A stretch of 64,000 nt of DNA from Escherichia coli. Its GTDB lineage: Bacteria > Pseudomonadota > Gammaproteobacteria > Enterobacterales > Enterobacteriaceae. The notes below the pieces were generated by a model. It did not search any database and was not told where the DNA came from. It worked only from the letters and a program-made list of their open reading frames with translations. How positions within the stretch are numbered: position 1 is the stretch's first letter; the number at the start of each line of letters is the position of its first letter. The stretch lies in the NCBI RefSeq assembly GCF_048403405.1, contig NZ_CP183129.1. The stretch is one strand, 5' to 3'. A program made the position numbers and the translations under genes. Below, in pieces: positions 19,544 to 31,447 of this stretch.

Positions 19544-22502
19544 CCTTAATCGCGTCATCGGATGGTCTGGTTTACTGCTGACGTCTTTATTGAGTACCAG
19601 CGCACTCGCAGACAATATCGGCACCAGCGCAGAAGAGCTGGGGCTGAGCGATTATCGCCATTTTGTTATTTATCCCCGTCTCGATAAGGCGCTGAAGGCA
19701 CAGAAAAATAACGACGAAGCAACCGCCATCCGCGAATTTGAATATATACACCAACAGGTGCCGGATAATATTCCGCTAACTTTATACCTTGCGGAAGCCT
19801 ATCGCCATTTTGGTCATGATGACCGGGCGCGGCTGTTGCTTGAGGATCAACTGAAACGTCACCCAGGAGATGCCCGACTTGAGCGCAGTCTGGCGGCTAT
19901 TCCAGTTGAAGTGAAAAGCGTTACGACTGTTGAAGAACTGCTTGCCCAGCAAAAAGCGTGCGACGCTGCGCCGACCCTGCGTTGTCGCAGTGAAGTCGGG
20001 CAGAATGCCCTGCGGCTGGCACAATTACCTGTCGCCAGAGCGCAACTGAACGATGCGACGTTTACTGCATCGCCGGAAGGAAAAACGCTGCGAACCGATC
20101 TGCTGCAACGCGCAATCTACCTGAAACAATGGTCCCAGGCAGATACGCTATACAATGAAACACGCCAGCAGAACACATTAAGCGCGGCAGAACGCCGCCA
20201 GTGGTTTGATGTGCTTCTTGCCGGGCATCTGGACGATCGGATCCTGGCGCTGCAATCACAGGGGATCTTCACCGATCCTCAGTCATATATTACTTACGCG
20301 ACCGCGCTGGCTTATCGTGGCGAAAAAGCACGCCTCCAGCATTATCTCATTGAAAATACGCCGCTATTTACCACGGACGCACAAGAGAAAAGTTGGCTCT
20401 ATCTGTTATCTAAATACAGCGCCAACCCCGTTCAGGCGTTGGCGAATTATACGGTACAGTTTGCCGACAACCACCAGTATGTTGTTGGCGCGACGCTACC
20501 GGTGCTGTTAAAAGAAGGTCAGTACGACGCAGCGCAAAAACTGCTCGCCACCCTCCCCGCCAATGAAATGCTTGAGGAGCGTTATACCGTTAGCGTGGCG
20601 ACCCATAACAAGGCTGAAGCTCTGCGTCTGGCACGATTGCTGTATCAGCAAGAACCGGCAAATCTTACCCGCCTGGATCAACTGACCTGGCAACTGATGC
20701 AGAACGAGCAGTCACGCGAAGCTGCCGATTTATTGCTGCAACGCTATCCTTTCCAGGGCGATGCGCGTGTCAGCCAGACTTTAATGGCGCGACTGGCGTC
20801 TCTGCTGGAAAGTCATCCTTACCTGGCAACTCCGGCGAAGGTGGCGATTTTATCGAAACCCTTACCGCTGGCGGAGCAACGTCAGTGGCAAAGTCAGTTG
20901 CCGGGTATTGCAGATAATTGCCCGGCAATAGTTCGCTTGCTGGGCGATATGTCGCCTTCCTACGATGCCGCCGCCTGGAACCGTCTGGCAAAGTGTTATC
21001 GGGACACGCTACCCGGTGTGGCGTTGTATGCATGGCTTCAGGCCGAACAACGACAACCGAACGCCTGGCAACATCGTGCGGTAGCCTATCAGGCGTATCA
21101 GGTTGAGGACTACGCCACCGCACTGGCGGCCTGGCAGAAAATCAGTCTTCACGACATGAGCAATGAGGATCTGCTTGCTGCTGCCAATACCGCCCAGGCG
21201 GCAGGAAATGGTGCGGCTCGCGATCGCTGGCTTCAGCAGGCAGAACAACGTGGGCTGGGAAACAATGCCCTCTACTGGTGGCTACATGCGCAACGTTACA
21301 TTCCTGGTCAGCCGGAACTCGCACTGAACGATCTCACGCGCTCAATCAATATTGCGCCTTCTGCCAACGCTTACGTTGCGCGGGCGACAATTTATCGCCA
21401 ACGTCATAATGTCCCGGCGGCGGTGAGTGATTTGCGCGCCGCACTGGAACTGGAACCGAATAATAGCAACACCCAAGCAGCGCTCGGTTACGCCTTGTGG
21501 GATAGCGGTGATATCGCACAGTCGCGGGAAATGCTCGAACAGGCGCATAAAGGGCTACCGGACGATCCGGCACTTATCCGACAACTGGCCTACGTGAACC
21601 AGCGTCTGGATGACATGCCTGCGACGCAGCACTACGCCCGGCTGGTGATTGATGACATTGATAATCAGGCGCTGATAACCCCACTGACCCCAGAGCAAAA
21701 TCAGCAACGCTTCAATTTCCGCCGTCTGCATGAGGAGGTCGGTCGCCGCTGGACGTTCAGTTTCGATTCTTCCATCGGCTTGCGTTCCGGCGCGATGAGT
21801 ACCGCTAACAATAATGTCGGCGGCGCAGCGCCAGGGAAAAGCTATCGTAGCTACGGGCAACTGGAAGCCGAGTACCGCATCGGACGCAATATGCTGCTGG
21901 AAGGCGACCTGCTCTCAGTTTATAGCCGCGTCTTTGCCGATACCGGAGAAAACGGGGTGATGATGCCGGTGAAAAATCCGATGTCCGGCACCGGTCTGCG
22001 CTGGAAGCCGCTGCGCGATCAGATCGTTTTCCTCGCCGTCGAACAGCAGTTGCCGCTGAACGGGCAAAATGGCGCATCCGATACCATGCTGCGCGCCAGC
22101 GCCTCATTCTTTAATGGCGGCAAATACAGCGACGAATGGCACCCGAACGGTTCAGGCTGGTTTGCCCAAAACCTGTACCTCGATGCGGCGCAATATGTCC
22201 GCCAGGATATTCAGGCGTGGACGGCAGATTATCGCGTAAGCTGGCATCAGAAGGTGGCGAACGGACAGACTATTGAGCCTTACGCTCACGTTCAGGACAA
22301 CGGTTATCGTGATAAAGGCACTCAGGGCGCGCAGCTTGGCGGTGTCGGGGTCCGCTGGAATATCTGGACCGGCGAGACGCACTACGACGCCTGGCCGCAC
22401 AAAGTCAGTCTCGGCGTCGAATATCAACATACCTTTAAGGCGATTAATCAACGTAACGGAGAGCGCAACAACGCGTTTCTCACCATTGGAGTGCACTGGT
22501 AA
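19530..22502 (+). CDS. nfrA: Outer membrane protein NfrA (phage N4 adsorption protein A)
   Basis: ATG at 19530 gives 990 aa with signal peptide MKENNLNRVIGWSGLLLTSLLSTSALA; TPR-rich. Confidence 0.9.
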   Translation: MKENNLNRVIGWSGLLLTSLLSTSALADNIGTSAEELGLSDYRHFVIYPRLDKALKAQKNNDEATAIREFEYIHQQVPDNIPLTLYLAEAYRHFGHDDRARLLLEDQLKRHPGDARLERSLAAIPVEVKSVTTVEELLAQQKACDAAPTLRCRSEVGQNALRLAQLPVARAQLNDATFTASPEGKTLRTDLLQRAIYLKQWSQADTLYNETRQQNTLSAAERRQWFDVLLAGHLDDRILALQSQGIFTDPQSYITYATALAYRGEKARLQHYLIENTPLFTTDAQEKSWLYLLSKYSANPVQALANYTVQFADNHQYVVGATLPVLLKEGQYDAAQKLLATLPANEMLEERYTVSVATHNKAEALRLARLLYQQEPANLTRLDQLTWQLMQNEQSREAADLLLQRYPFQGDARVSQTLMARLASLLESHPYLATPAKVAILSKPLPLAEQRQWQSQLPGIADNCPAIVRLLGDMSPSYDAAAWNRLAKCYRDTLPGVALYAWLQAEQRQPNAWQHRAVAYQAYQVEDYATALAAWQKISLHDMSNEDLLAAANTAQAAGNGAARDRWLQQAEQRGLGNNALYWWLHAQRYIPGQPELALNDLTRSINIAPSANAYVARATIYRQRHNVPAAVSDLRAALELEPNNSNTQAALGYALWDSGDIAQSREMLEQAHKGLPDDPALIRQLAYVNQRLDDMPATQHYARLVIDDIDNQALITPLTPEQNQQRFNFRRLHEEVGRRWTFSFDSSIGLRSGAMSTANNNVGGAAPGKSYRSYGQLEAEYRIGRNMLLEGDLLSVYSRVFADTGENGVMMPVKNPMSGTGLRWKPLRDQIVFLAVEQQLPLNGQNGASDTMLRASASFFNGGKYSDEWHPNGSGWFAQNLYLDAAQYVRQDIQAWTADYRVSWHQKVANGQTIEPYAHVQDNGYRDKGTQGAQLGGVGVRWNIWTGETHYDAWPHKVSLGVEYQHTFKAINQRNGERNNAFLTIGVHW

Positions 22503-23393
22503 ATGCGTAAGTTCATTTTCGTATTGCTGACACTGCTTTTGGTCAGCCCTTTTTCCTTTGCGATGAAAGGTATTATCTGGCAACCACAAAACCGTGATAG
22601 TCAGGTTACCGATACCCAGTGGCAGGGGCTGATGAGTCAGTTACGTTTGCAAGGCTTCGATACCCTGGTTTTGCAATGGACCCGTTACGGCGATGCATTC
22701 ACCCAGCCAGAACAGCGCGCGTTATTGTTTAAGCGTGCAGCAGCTGCGCAACAGGCTGGCCTGAAGCTGATTGTCGGGCTGAATGCCGATCCGGAATTTT
22801 TTATGCACCAGAAACAGTCATCCGCGGCGCTGGAAAGCTATCTTAACCGCCTACTGGCTGCCGATCTCCAGCAAGCCAGATTATGGAGCGCCGTACCTGG
22901 CGTAACGCCGGATGGCTGGTACATCAGCGCGGAAATTGACGACCTGAACTGGCGCAGCGAAGCCGCCCGTCAGCCTTTGCTGACATGGTTAAACAACGCG
23001 CAGCGGTTGATTAGCGATGTTTCAGCAAAACCGGTTTATATCAGTAGTTTTTTCGCCGGAAACATGTCGCCCGATGGCTATCGCCAACTGCTGGAACAAG
23101 TTAAAACAACCGGCGTTAATGTCTGGGTACAGGATGGCAGCGGCGTGAATAAACTTACCGCTGAACAGCGTGAACGTTATCTACAGGCCAGCGCCGATTG
23201 CCAAAGCTCCGCCCCAGCAAGCGGCATTGTTTATGAACTGTTTGTCGCCGGCAAAGGCAAAACCTTTACAGCGAAACCGAAACCGGATGCAGAGATCGCC
23301 TCGCTGTTAGCGAAACGTTCCTCTTGCGGTAAAGACACGCTCTATTTCTCTCTGCGCTATTTGCCCGTTGCGCACGGCATTCTCGAGTATTAA
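22503..23393 (+). CDS. ybcH: DUF4434 family protein YbcH
   Basis: 296-aa ORF with signal peptide; synteny. Confidence 0.85.
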   Translation: MRKFIFVLLTLLLVSPFSFAMKGIIWQPQNRDSQVTDTQWQGLMSQLRLQGFDTLVLQWTRYGDAFTQPEQRALLFKRAAAAQQAGLKLIVGLNADPEFFMHQKQSSAALESYLNRLLAADLQQARLWSAVPGVTPDGWYISAEIDDLNWRSEAARQPLLTWLNNAQRLISDVSAKPVYISSFFAGNMSPDGYRQLLEQVKTTGVNVWVQDGSGVNKLTAEQRERYLQASADCQSSAPASGIVYELFVAGKGKTFTAKPKPDAEIASLLAKRSSCGKDTLYFSLRYLPVAHGILEY

Positions 23394-23575
23394 ATCTCCT
23401 CCAGGTAAGTCGGGTACGACCTGGCTTACCTCTTTCGCTCTCGTCAGAATTCCATCAAGATTAATTGCTAAAAAGCGTGCTAAAGAAAGAAGATCGTTAT
23501 CGGCGAACGGGCCGATCACTCATGCAGGAAGCATAGATCCTTTGAGCGGAGTTTCTGATATCTGAGGAGTGCGAA

Positions 23576-24337
23576 ATGCAATTGAGCAGCAGTGAACCTT
23601 GCGTGGTGATCCTGACCGAAAAAGAGGTAGAGGTAAGCGTCAATAACCATGCTACGTTTACCCTTCCGAAAAACTACCTGGCCGCCTTCGCGTGCAACAA
23701 TAACGTCATTGAACTCTCAACGTTAAATCACGTATTAATCACCCACATCAACCGTAACATCATCAACGATTATCTGTTGTTTTTAAATAAGAACTTAACC
23801 TGTGTAAAGCCCTGGTCGCGGCTGGCTACCCCGGTTATCGCTTGTCATAGCCGTACACCGGAAGTGTTCCGGCTAGCCGCCAACCACAGCAAGCAGCAAC
23901 CCAGCAAACCCTGCGAAGCGGAGTTGACGCGCGCATTGCTTTTTACCGTATTGTCTAACTTTCTTGAGCAATCGCGGTTTATTGCCCTACTGATGTATAT
24001 CTTACGCAGCAGCGTCCGCGACAGCGTCTGCCGCATTATTCAAAGCGATATTCAGCATTACTGGAATCTGCGAATTGTCGCCAGTTCGCTATGTTTAAGC
24101 CCCAGCCTGCTCAAAAAGAAATTAAAAAACGAAAATACCAGCTATAGCCAGATTGTCACAGAGTGTCGTATGCGTTACGCCGTACAGATGTTATTGATGG
24201 ATAACAAAAATATCACTCAGGTAGCGCAATTATGTGGCTATAGCAGCACGTCGTACTTTATCTCTGTTTTTAAGGCGTTTTACGGCCTGACACCGTTGAA
24301 TTATCTCGCCAAACAGCGACAAAAAGTGATGTGGTGA
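23576..24337 (+). CDS. envY: AraC-family porin thermoregulator EnvY
   Basis: 253-aa ORF with C-terminal AraC HTH; synteny. Confidence 0.85.
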   Translation: MQLSSSEPCVVILTEKEVEVSVNNHATFTLPKNYLAAFACNNNVIELSTLNHVLITHINRNIINDYLLFLNKNLTCVKPWSRLATPVIACHSRTPEVFRLAANHSKQQPSKPCEAELTRALLFTVLSNFLEQSRFIALLMYILRSSVRDSVCRIIQSDIQHYWNLRIVASSLCLSPSLLKKKLKNENTSYSQIVTECRMRYAVQMLLMDNKNITQVAQLCGYSSTSYFISVFKAFYGLTPLNYLAKQRQKVMW

Positions 24338-24382
24338 AGGGCAAAGCGGAAACGGATAGGACGGGGATAAATGAAGAAGAAA

Positions 24383-24459
24383 TGGCGCGCCCTGCAGGAT
24401 TCGAACCTGCGGCCCACGACTTAGAAGGTCGTTGCTCTATCCAACTGAGCTAAGGGCGC
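24383..24459 (-). tRNA. argU: tRNA-Arg (anticodon UCU)
   Basis: Reverse complement reads GCGCCCTTAGCTCAGTTGGATAGAGCAACGACCTTCTAAGTCGTGGGCCGCAGGTTCGAATCCTGCAGGGCGCGCCA, 77 nt with CCA end. Confidence 0.95.
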
Positions 24460-24701
24460 GTTGATACCGCAATGCGGTGTAATCGCGTGAATTATACGGT
24501 CAACCCTTGCTGAGTCAATGGCTTTTGATCTGGTTGCTGAACAAGTGAACGACCGCGTCTGATTTTCTGATTTATTTCGCTATAGCGGCAAACAAACGTA
24601 CACCGCTGCGCGTCTGAATCAAGAAAACCCGTATTTTCATGTATCAAAGTACAATTTCCCGCCCTAACGGAAAATTGTCCGATCCTATGAGACTGGTAAC
24701 T

Positions 24702-25334
24702 ATGAAACCAACGTCGGTGATCATTATGGATACTCATCCTATCATCAGAATGTCTATTGAAGTTCTGTTGCAAAAAAACAGTGAATTGCAAATTGTCCTG
24801 AAAACGGATGATTATCGCATAACCATCGATTATCTCCGAACCCGTCCTGTTGATTTAATCATTATGGATATAGACTTGCCCGGTACAGACGGTTTTACCT
24901 TCCTGAAAAGGATCAAACAAATCCAGAGTACAGTGAAAGTATTATTTTTATCATCGAAATCAGAATGCTTTTATGCTGGCAGAGCGATACAAGCTGGTGC
25001 TAACGGCTTTGTCAGTAAATGCAATGATCAGAATGATATTTTTCATGCCGTTCAGATGATCCTCTCCGGATACACTTTTTTTCCCAGCGAAACGCTCAAC
25101 TATATAAAAAGCAATAAATGTAGCACGAATAGTTCAACGATCACTGTGCTATCTAATCGTGAAGTGACCATATTACGTTATCTGGTTAGCGGATTATCCA
25201 ATAAAGAAATTGCCGATAAGTTATTACTTAGCAATAAAACAGTTAGTGCGCATAAATCTAATATTTATGGCAAGCTAGGTTTGCATTCAATTGTAGAGCT
25301 TATCGACTATGCCAAATTATATGAATTAATATAA
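24702..25334 (+). CDS. fimZ: LuxR-family response regulator FimZ
   Basis: 210-aa protein from MKPTSVIIMDTHPIIRMSIEVLL; receiver plus LuxR HTH. Confidence 0.9.
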   Translation: MKPTSVIIMDTHPIIRMSIEVLLQKNSELQIVLKTDDYRITIDYLRTRPVDLIIMDIDLPGTDGFTFLKRIKQIQSTVKVLFLSSKSECFYAGRAIQAGANGFVSKCNDQNDIFHAVQMILSGYTFFPSETLNYIKSNKCSTNSSTITVLSNREVTILRYLVSGLSNKEIADKLLLSNKTVSAHKSNIYGKLGLHSIVELIDYAKLYELI

Positions 25335-25336
25335 TA

Positions 25337-25852
25337 TTAATTATAATTGATCATAAATATCGCATCCGCTTTCGCCACACCTGGCTGAACACCACTGGCT
25401 AACGCTCGATAATTGGCAAAAAAGTTTAGTGTGACATTGCCATTTGCATCTACTTCCTCAGTCGGGCTCGCCTCCCCCAGTGCGAGCCGGGAGCGATCGC
25501 TATTACGTAATTCGATGGCGACGGTTTGTGCCATTGCGGGATCATCCAGAGCCAGCAGGTTGGCATCAGATGCCGGCGTTCCCGTAAATAAAATTGCAAC
25601 TGAACCCGGAGGACATCCCTCCAGCCGCAGGCTAAAAGGGACGAGTGCCGTGGTATCGCCAGCGCTCAGTAATTGTGTCGTAGGCCATCTGCCTAAATCT
25701 ACTGTCTTATCCTTATCCGCTGTGTTTACGGTACAGGAGAAATCAACAACGTTACCGTGCAAATTGATATTAATCGTTCCTAAAGGGTCAACTGCCCATC
25801 CACTGGAACTCCACAGTAGCCCGCAGAAACAGCTAAAGAGTACTCTTCTCAT
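25337..25852 (-). CDS. sfmF: Fimbrial-like protein SfmF
   Basis: 171-aa protein from MRRVLFSCFCGLLWSSSGWA within the longer ORF 25337-26047. Confidence 0.85.
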   Translation of the reverse strand: MRRVLFSCFCGLLWSSSGWAVDPLGTININLHGNVVDFSCTVNTADKDKTVDLGRWPTTQLLSAGDTTALVPFSLRLEGCPPGSVAILFTGTPASDANLLALDDPAMAQTVAIELRNSDRSRLALGEASPTEEVDANGNVTLNFFANYRALASGVQPGVAKADAIFMINYN

Positions 25853-25862
25853 TCTCCGTACC

Positions 25863-26870
25863 TCATTGATAATCGACGCGTAAATACCCCAGCGCGCTAA
25901 ACGGCCCTTCGGTCGGTTTTTGACCGGTAATACTGATAGGCCAGGCGCGAAGTGTGACATTGGCTGCCGCAGCTGCATCCAGACGGAAAGGAATAACGCT
26001 ATTGAGATCGTTAGGCGTGATCGGCGTATCGTTCTGATCGGCGACAATAAAACCTAAATCCTGATTGTCCGACACCATCGCCTGACCAGAAACGGCACTG
26101 GCTTCCAGACGCATTGTTAAATAAGCCTGCGCAGCAACATTCGTACATTTGATCGCAATATTCCTGGTTTGCGGCATGACACCATTAGGTCGATTCCCCG
26201 GCCCTGCCGCACTAAATAACGATGCACCGATATCACCAAAATCAAATTCAACAATTTGCCCGGCATTTAATTCGCAGTTTTGCGGTACTTCAACCCGGCC
26301 ACCAAAACTAATGGTATAAACAGGTGTAACCAACGGATCGTAAGGCGTTGATGTCACATACACGGTAAACATCACCTGTCTGGGGATCTCCACCATGTTA
26401 ATAAAGGGACGAATAACCTTTAAACGAAATATTAAACGAGAATCCATCACCCCGAATGGAAGGTTTTGCGAAACGTTAGGATCTGTTCCCATCCGAATAT
26501 AATTTTGCGGGGGGAACTGAATATCCATCACACTATCAACCAGACTCATCGCACCTAATAGATAATCATTTAATTGCATATATTTATAATTATCGATAGT
26601 TTCCTGAACAATAAAGTTAGTGACATAACTACGGTATGTATAATTCACCAGCGTGCCGGGTGGACAAATTGCTGATACACCTACCCAGCCGGATTTTTCC
26701 GGTAAAACAACAATCTGCCCTGGCTGGTTATTGGTGCTATTAAAGACATTTGAGAGATCATAGTGTTCATCTTCTGCTACGCCAGTACTATTTGCACAAA
26801 CAGTAGCCCAGGATATGTTTGCCAGACACAAACATGCCATCGCCAATAATAATCTGCAGATTATCTTCAT
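25863..26870 (-). CDS. sfmH: Fimbrial adhesin-like protein SfmH
   Basis: 335-aa ORF with signal peptide; position in sfm operon; exact start not verified. Confidence 0.85.
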   Translation of the reverse strand: MKIICRLLLAMACLCLANISWATVCANSTGVAEDEHYDLSNVFNSTNNQPGQIVVLPEKSGWVGVSAICPPGTLVNYTYRSYVTNFIVQETIDNYKYMQLNDYLLGAMSLVDSVMDIQFPPQNYIRMGTDPNVSQNLPFGVMDSRLIFRLKVIRPFINMVEIPRQVMFTVYVTSTPYDPLVTPVYTISFGGRVEVPQNCELNAGQIVEFDFGDIGASLFSAAGPGNRPNGVMPQTRNIAIKCTNVAAQAYLTMRLEASAVSGQAMVSDNQDLGFIVADQNDTPITPNDLNSVIPFRLDAAAAANVTLRAWPISITGQKPTEGPFSALGYLRVDYQ

Positions 26871-26882
26871 TGATAATTTCCT

Positions 26883-29492
26883 TTATGAGCCAGAATGTGT
26901 GCAAACTGCCGAAATAACAGTGACGGCTTGCTGTAAGCTTTGCTTCGGCAATACATAGTGCGCAATGCAGCGTGAGTTCGCGCCGTCTCCCCACTGAACC
27001 AGTAATTCACCAGACAATGGCGCACCACTTAAATAAACTTGCCCGTCATCACCCACCATACTGGTTATTCCGGTACTGTTTTCCCGTACCAGTGATCCAA
27101 ACGGCACCGGTTTTCCGCCCTGGGTAACGGTAATGAGCGCCCGCACGCCTATGCGGGTGTCAAAATTGGCACGAACCAACGCGCCTTGCGTCGGCACAAC
27201 GCTGCTAATATTTTTTTCAACATCGATGGAATTCCCCATCGTATTGGTATCAAGCGCGATACGGTTATACCGATAAACCGTGGCATACGGCATCACCGCA
27301 TAGCCGCGCCAGTCGGTTAAAATTCCAGTTTGATTTTCAATGCGTACACCGCCTGCGCCTGGCGCTTTAATCAAAACATTGGTATCCCCTAAAGGCTGGC
27401 TCAGCGTTATGCCATTTTCATGTCCGACCACACCGCCAGACAGCTGCCAGTTAACGTCATGTTGATCGCGGTCGTAGTTATACCCGACCCCCAGCGTACC
27501 GTAAGCGGCCTGCCAGTTTGCCGTGGCGCTGCCCGTATACCCATTATTCGAGGTATCGCCCTGGCTTACGTGATAACTCAGGTTGTGGCCTTCCAGTAAG
27601 GTCCCACCAACGCCTGCCAGCCAGCTATTTTGCCCGTTGCTGTTACGGTTGGCGTTAAAGGAGGCATAAGCGCGGTCGAGCGCATTTTCCCGGGTGTAGC
27701 GACGTTTGGTCAAAACATTGAAAGGCACTGAAACATTAAGTCCGACAATACGTTCGTTATCGGGGATCCCTACAGATTCATTCCACGAAAATGAGAGTGA
27801 ATAACTGATGCCAACCCAGCTGCTGGTATACCCCACCTGATACCAGGTATCTGAATCCGAAGTATTCCAGTATTTTTGATGGGTACCAGAAATATAAAGC
27901 GAGCCAAAGTCATTAAGTGATTGTGAAATATTTAACTGTAAACGGTCTTTACGACTAAAGCGTAAATTGTGGTAATTCACGATTATCGGTTCATCGCGAT
28001 GCTCACCGTCATAATCGTAATCATATTCGTACCCCTCCATTCGACGATACGCAACATCATCAAGGGTATAAAAACCTTGTGTCGAATAGCGGTAACCCAT
28101 TAACTGAAAATTGGTGCCGAAAGTGTTCATTGATTTCGCATAGAGGAAGCGAATGGAATCCCCCTCATGACGACTGTCGTCGGCTAACTGACTGCGCGCA
28201 TGCGTTACATCCAGCGACACTGCGCCCCAGTTCCCGAGGTTGCGCCCCAACCCTAACAAAAAGGCGGTGTAATTTGCAGATAATTGCGTCCCGCCGTAGG
28301 CAGTAAATTCCTGTGGTAAACCGCCGAGTGCCGTGCCCTGAAAAAAGAAAGGCGACGATTGCTGACTATTACCGCTACGAAAATCACCCGCCGTCAGGTC
28401 AAATTTGAAACGCCCTTCGCGTTGTAAAATTGGCACTGTCGAATACGGAATAGTGTAATTCTGCTGATTACCATCGCGCTCGTCGATGGTGACGTCCAGA
28501 TCGCCATTTGAAGATGTCGGGTGTAAATCTGTAATTTCAAAAGCGCCGGGGGAAACATAGCTTTGATAGATAATAAAACCATTTTGCCGAATCGTTAGCT
28601 GGGCCGCCGTACGGGCAATCCCACGTACCGTTGGGGCAAACCCTTGCTGGCTATCAGGATACATATTATCGGAAGAATAAAGCCGTACACCTCGAAATCC
28701 GACGCCATCGAAAATATCACTCCCTGTATTACCGTCTCCCATTACCAGTTCACTTTTCAGCGGAATAATGGCGCGCTGTACCCAGGTGCCAATATTATTC
28801 CACTGTTCTGAATGATATCCATTTCCGCGAAAATAGTTCCAGGAACCATTGTTGCGTAAACGCCACGGGCCAATATTAATCCCGCTGAGTTCACTAAAAA
28901 AATAGCTATCGTTACCATTACCTCTGTTACCGGTGAAATTATAATTCAGGAGTAAAGCAGGAATACCTTCATCCCACTCTTCAGGCGGAATGTAACCGTG
29001 AGCGCTACTCAACAACGCTATCTGAGGAATAGTGATGTTCAGGCGCATCGCTGCAAAATCAAAGTTAATTGTGGCATCAGGTACAGCTTTCAGTAAATTA
29101 ATGCATTTATTATTTTGCTGCTGGGCTAACTCGGGGAATGCACTGCTATTAAGGCCAATTCGTTCAAGGAGTGCCTGATTAAAACAAGGCATTAACCCAC
29201 CTGATTTATCACCTGTATTTACTGTCGTCGATTCAAATACGATATCCTGTGAACCAATGAACTCATCATTACGCCAGAGATCCACCCGATACACACCCGC
29301 AGGTTGATGATTACCTCTCTCAAAGCGCGATAAATCAGCAACGGATGTGCCATTCTCTAATAAAAATGCCGGGTTGAAATAACTTTCCGCATAGCTTAAA
29401 AAGGAGGGTAAAATGGCAAGAGATGAATAACAAATTCCGGCCAGACACCAGCTATACCTCTGCGGAATATCCGTAGTAGTGGGTATTTTCAT
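26883..29492 (-). CDS. sfmD: Fimbrial usher protein SfmD
   Basis: 869-aa ORF typical of outer membrane ushers. Confidence 0.9.
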   Translation of the reverse strand: MKIPTTTDIPQRYSWCLAGICYSSLAILPSFLSYAESYFNPAFLLENGTSVADLSRFERGNHQPAGVYRVDLWRNDEFIGSQDIVFESTTVNTGDKSGGLMPCFNQALLERIGLNSSAFPELAQQQNNKCINLLKAVPDATINFDFAAMRLNITIPQIALLSSAHGYIPPEEWDEGIPALLLNYNFTGNRGNGNDSYFFSELSGINIGPWRLRNNGSWNYFRGNGYHSEQWNNIGTWVQRAIIPLKSELVMGDGNTGSDIFDGVGFRGVRLYSSDNMYPDSQQGFAPTVRGIARTAAQLTIRQNGFIIYQSYVSPGAFEITDLHPTSSNGDLDVTIDERDGNQQNYTIPYSTVPILQREGRFKFDLTAGDFRSGNSQQSSPFFFQGTALGGLPQEFTAYGGTQLSANYTAFLLGLGRNLGNWGAVSLDVTHARSQLADDSRHEGDSIRFLYAKSMNTFGTNFQLMGYRYSTQGFYTLDDVAYRRMEGYEYDYDYDGEHRDEPIIVNYHNLRFSRKDRLQLNISQSLNDFGSLYISGTHQKYWNTSDSDTWYQVGYTSSWVGISYSLSFSWNESVGIPDNERIVGLNVSVPFNVLTKRRYTRENALDRAYASFNANRNSNGQNSWLAGVGGTLLEGHNLSYHVSQGDTSNNGYTGSATANWQAAYGTLGVGYNYDRDQHDVNWQLSGGVVGHENGITLSQPLGDTNVLIKAPGAGGVRIENQTGILTDWRGYAVMPYATVYRYNRIALDTNTMGNSIDVEKNISSVVPTQGALVRANFDTRIGVRALITVTQGGKPVPFGSLVRENSTGITSMVGDDGQVYLSGAPLSGELLVQWGDGANSRCIAHYVLPKQSLQQAVTVISAVCTHSGS

Positions 29493-29522
29493 AATTAGCT
29501 CTGATATTGTCAGATGATTCGG

Positions 29523-30215
29523 TTAGTTTAAGTTCACTTCTCTGACCGGGGTTACTGAACCATAATCATTAACGGTCTGAAATTTCAGCTTTCCCTGCAC
29601 TCCTGAGGGTAAGGGAATTTGTGAATTAACTCTGGGTGCAGCCATAGCATTCCCCAGTTTTTGGCTGCCCACTTGCAAGTTAACCAGGGTGACATAAAAA
29701 GGTGATGGATTATGAACATTGATATAGTTACCGGATCGCGAAAACTTGAGTGTGTCCGGCGCTTCTGCGGGTAATTCTTGTAATTGAATTGGACGGAGAA
29801 ATAACTTCATGCGCGATAAAATCGCCAGTTGCAAAACATTCCTGCCGTTCAATGCATTTTTATCTACCGAAGGGATCGTCTTAACATTCATCCAGAACAG
29901 AGACTCACGATCTGCCGCCAGCGGTGGACCGGTGTAAATAATACGCAAGGTATTTTCGCTTTTGGGTTCACTAACAAACAGTGGCGGTGTAATGATGAAT
30001 GACTTTTCTTTTACACCGCTGCTGTTTTCAATCCACGAATTGACCAGAAAGCGCTCATTGGTATGGCTATTTCTAATCCATACCGCAGTCTGTTTAGCAT
30101 CAGCGGGATAAATAATACGCGTGGCACCTAATGCGATCCCTCCGGCAGCATGGGCGCTGGCCGAAATGATTAAATAAAATATAATGAGCATCAATAACTT
30201 TATTTTAGTCATCAT
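29523..30215 (-). CDS. sfmC: Periplasmic fimbrial chaperone SfmC
   Basis: 230-aa ORF with signal peptide, PapD-like. Confidence 0.9.
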   Translation of the reverse strand: MMTKIKLLMLIIFYLIISASAHAAGGIALGATRIIYPADAKQTAVWIRNSHTNERFLVNSWIENSSGVKEKSFIITPPLFVSEPKSENTLRIIYTGPPLAADRESLFWMNVKTIPSVDKNALNGRNVLQLAILSRMKLFLRPIQLQELPAEAPDTLKFSRSGNYINVHNPSPFYVTLVNLQVGSQKLGNAMAAPRVNSQIPLPSGVQGKLKFQTVNDYGSVTPVREVNLN

Positions 30216-30434
30216 AGTTAATACGCCTTGTGTATTCCTGACGGCAAAAATAAGGAGTATAAAGAAATGATTGCTTTGGTTTCTTACAACACATCATTCC
30301 CTTTTCATTTAATAAAGCGGCATGATACAAAGTGAACATGATTTCGATTTACATTGCCACCATACCGCTTCAGACAACCGGTACATTACTTTGTTATAAG
30401 ACGTGATATATAATTCAAAACAACGTGGTTTTGA

Positions 30435-30977
30435 TTATTCGTATCTCATAATAAAAGTCGCGTCAGCATTTGCTTGCCCTGCTGATGCACTTGTACCGGT
30501 GCCTTTATAACGTGCAGAAAAATGAAGAACGTTGGTCCCGGGGATCAAGTTCTGGTTGGTTGAGAAGCTATTCCCATCAGGTTTGAGAATTGCGGATGTA
30601 TTATCAAGTATTTCAATACCGACACCCGTTGCTGTTGTTGTATTAGTACTGGATGCAATGGCCAATAAATTATCATTGATTGCATCCGCCTGACCAGAAA
30701 ATGCAACGGCAGCATTAGCGGCAACGACAGGATCGCAGTCGTTCAACTGTATAGTGAATGGAATTAATGCAGAGGTATTACCAACAGCATTGAAAATATC
30801 GGTACGATATTGACCGAGTGTGACAACCTGGTCTGCCGAGTCAGTATTCACTGAACAGGCAGCATTCACCAGTTCGCCTTCAAAGTGAATTGTACCGCCA
30901 TCTACAACGGCAGCATAACTACCCGTAGCGGCGAATAGTGCGGCGGCCAGCGCAGACGAAATAAATCTTAATTTCAT
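30435..30977 (-). CDS. sfmA: Type 1-like fimbrial major subunit SfmA
   Basis: 180-aa protein from [22 protein letters not shown] within ORF 30435-31010. Confidence 0.9.
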   Translation of the reverse strand: MKLRFISSALAAALFAATGSYAAVVDGGTIHFEGELVNAACSVNTDSADQVVTLGQYRTDIFNAVGNTSALIPFTIQLNDCDPVVAANAAVAFSGQADAINDNLLAIASSTNTTTATGVGIEILDNTSAILKPDGNSFSTNQNLIPGTNVLHFSARYKGTGTSASAGQANADATFIMRYE

Positions 30978-31447
30978 ATATATTCCTTCAATCTCATTTA
31001 TCGACTCCACATCCGTATATAACCGATTACTTTATTTAAGACACTGATAGTAGTAAATTCCTTTTTATCCTCTAAGAATGTCTTAATTGAAAATATGCAC
31101 TCTATTCTAAAAAATAGAGAGCCCCGTTAGATGAATACTTCCGCGCAAAATATATTCAACACAAATATAGACCTGAAGCGGTAAATTACCAGGCTGAAAA
31201 TTCTTTTTATATTGTCAGGTATTTCTTAAATTATCTTAATCCTTTGACAAGGAAATAAGTCAGTTCCAGATTTACAACGCCATCATGGACGAAAAATGAA
31301 GCTTTCAATCTCAGCGACAGTGCGCCTCACCTTCGCACGAGGTCGCTTCACGCGATAAATCTGAAACGAAACCTGACAGCGCGCCCCGCTTCTGACAAAA
31401 TAGGCGCATCCCCTTCGACCTACGTAACAGATGGAATCCTCTCTCTG

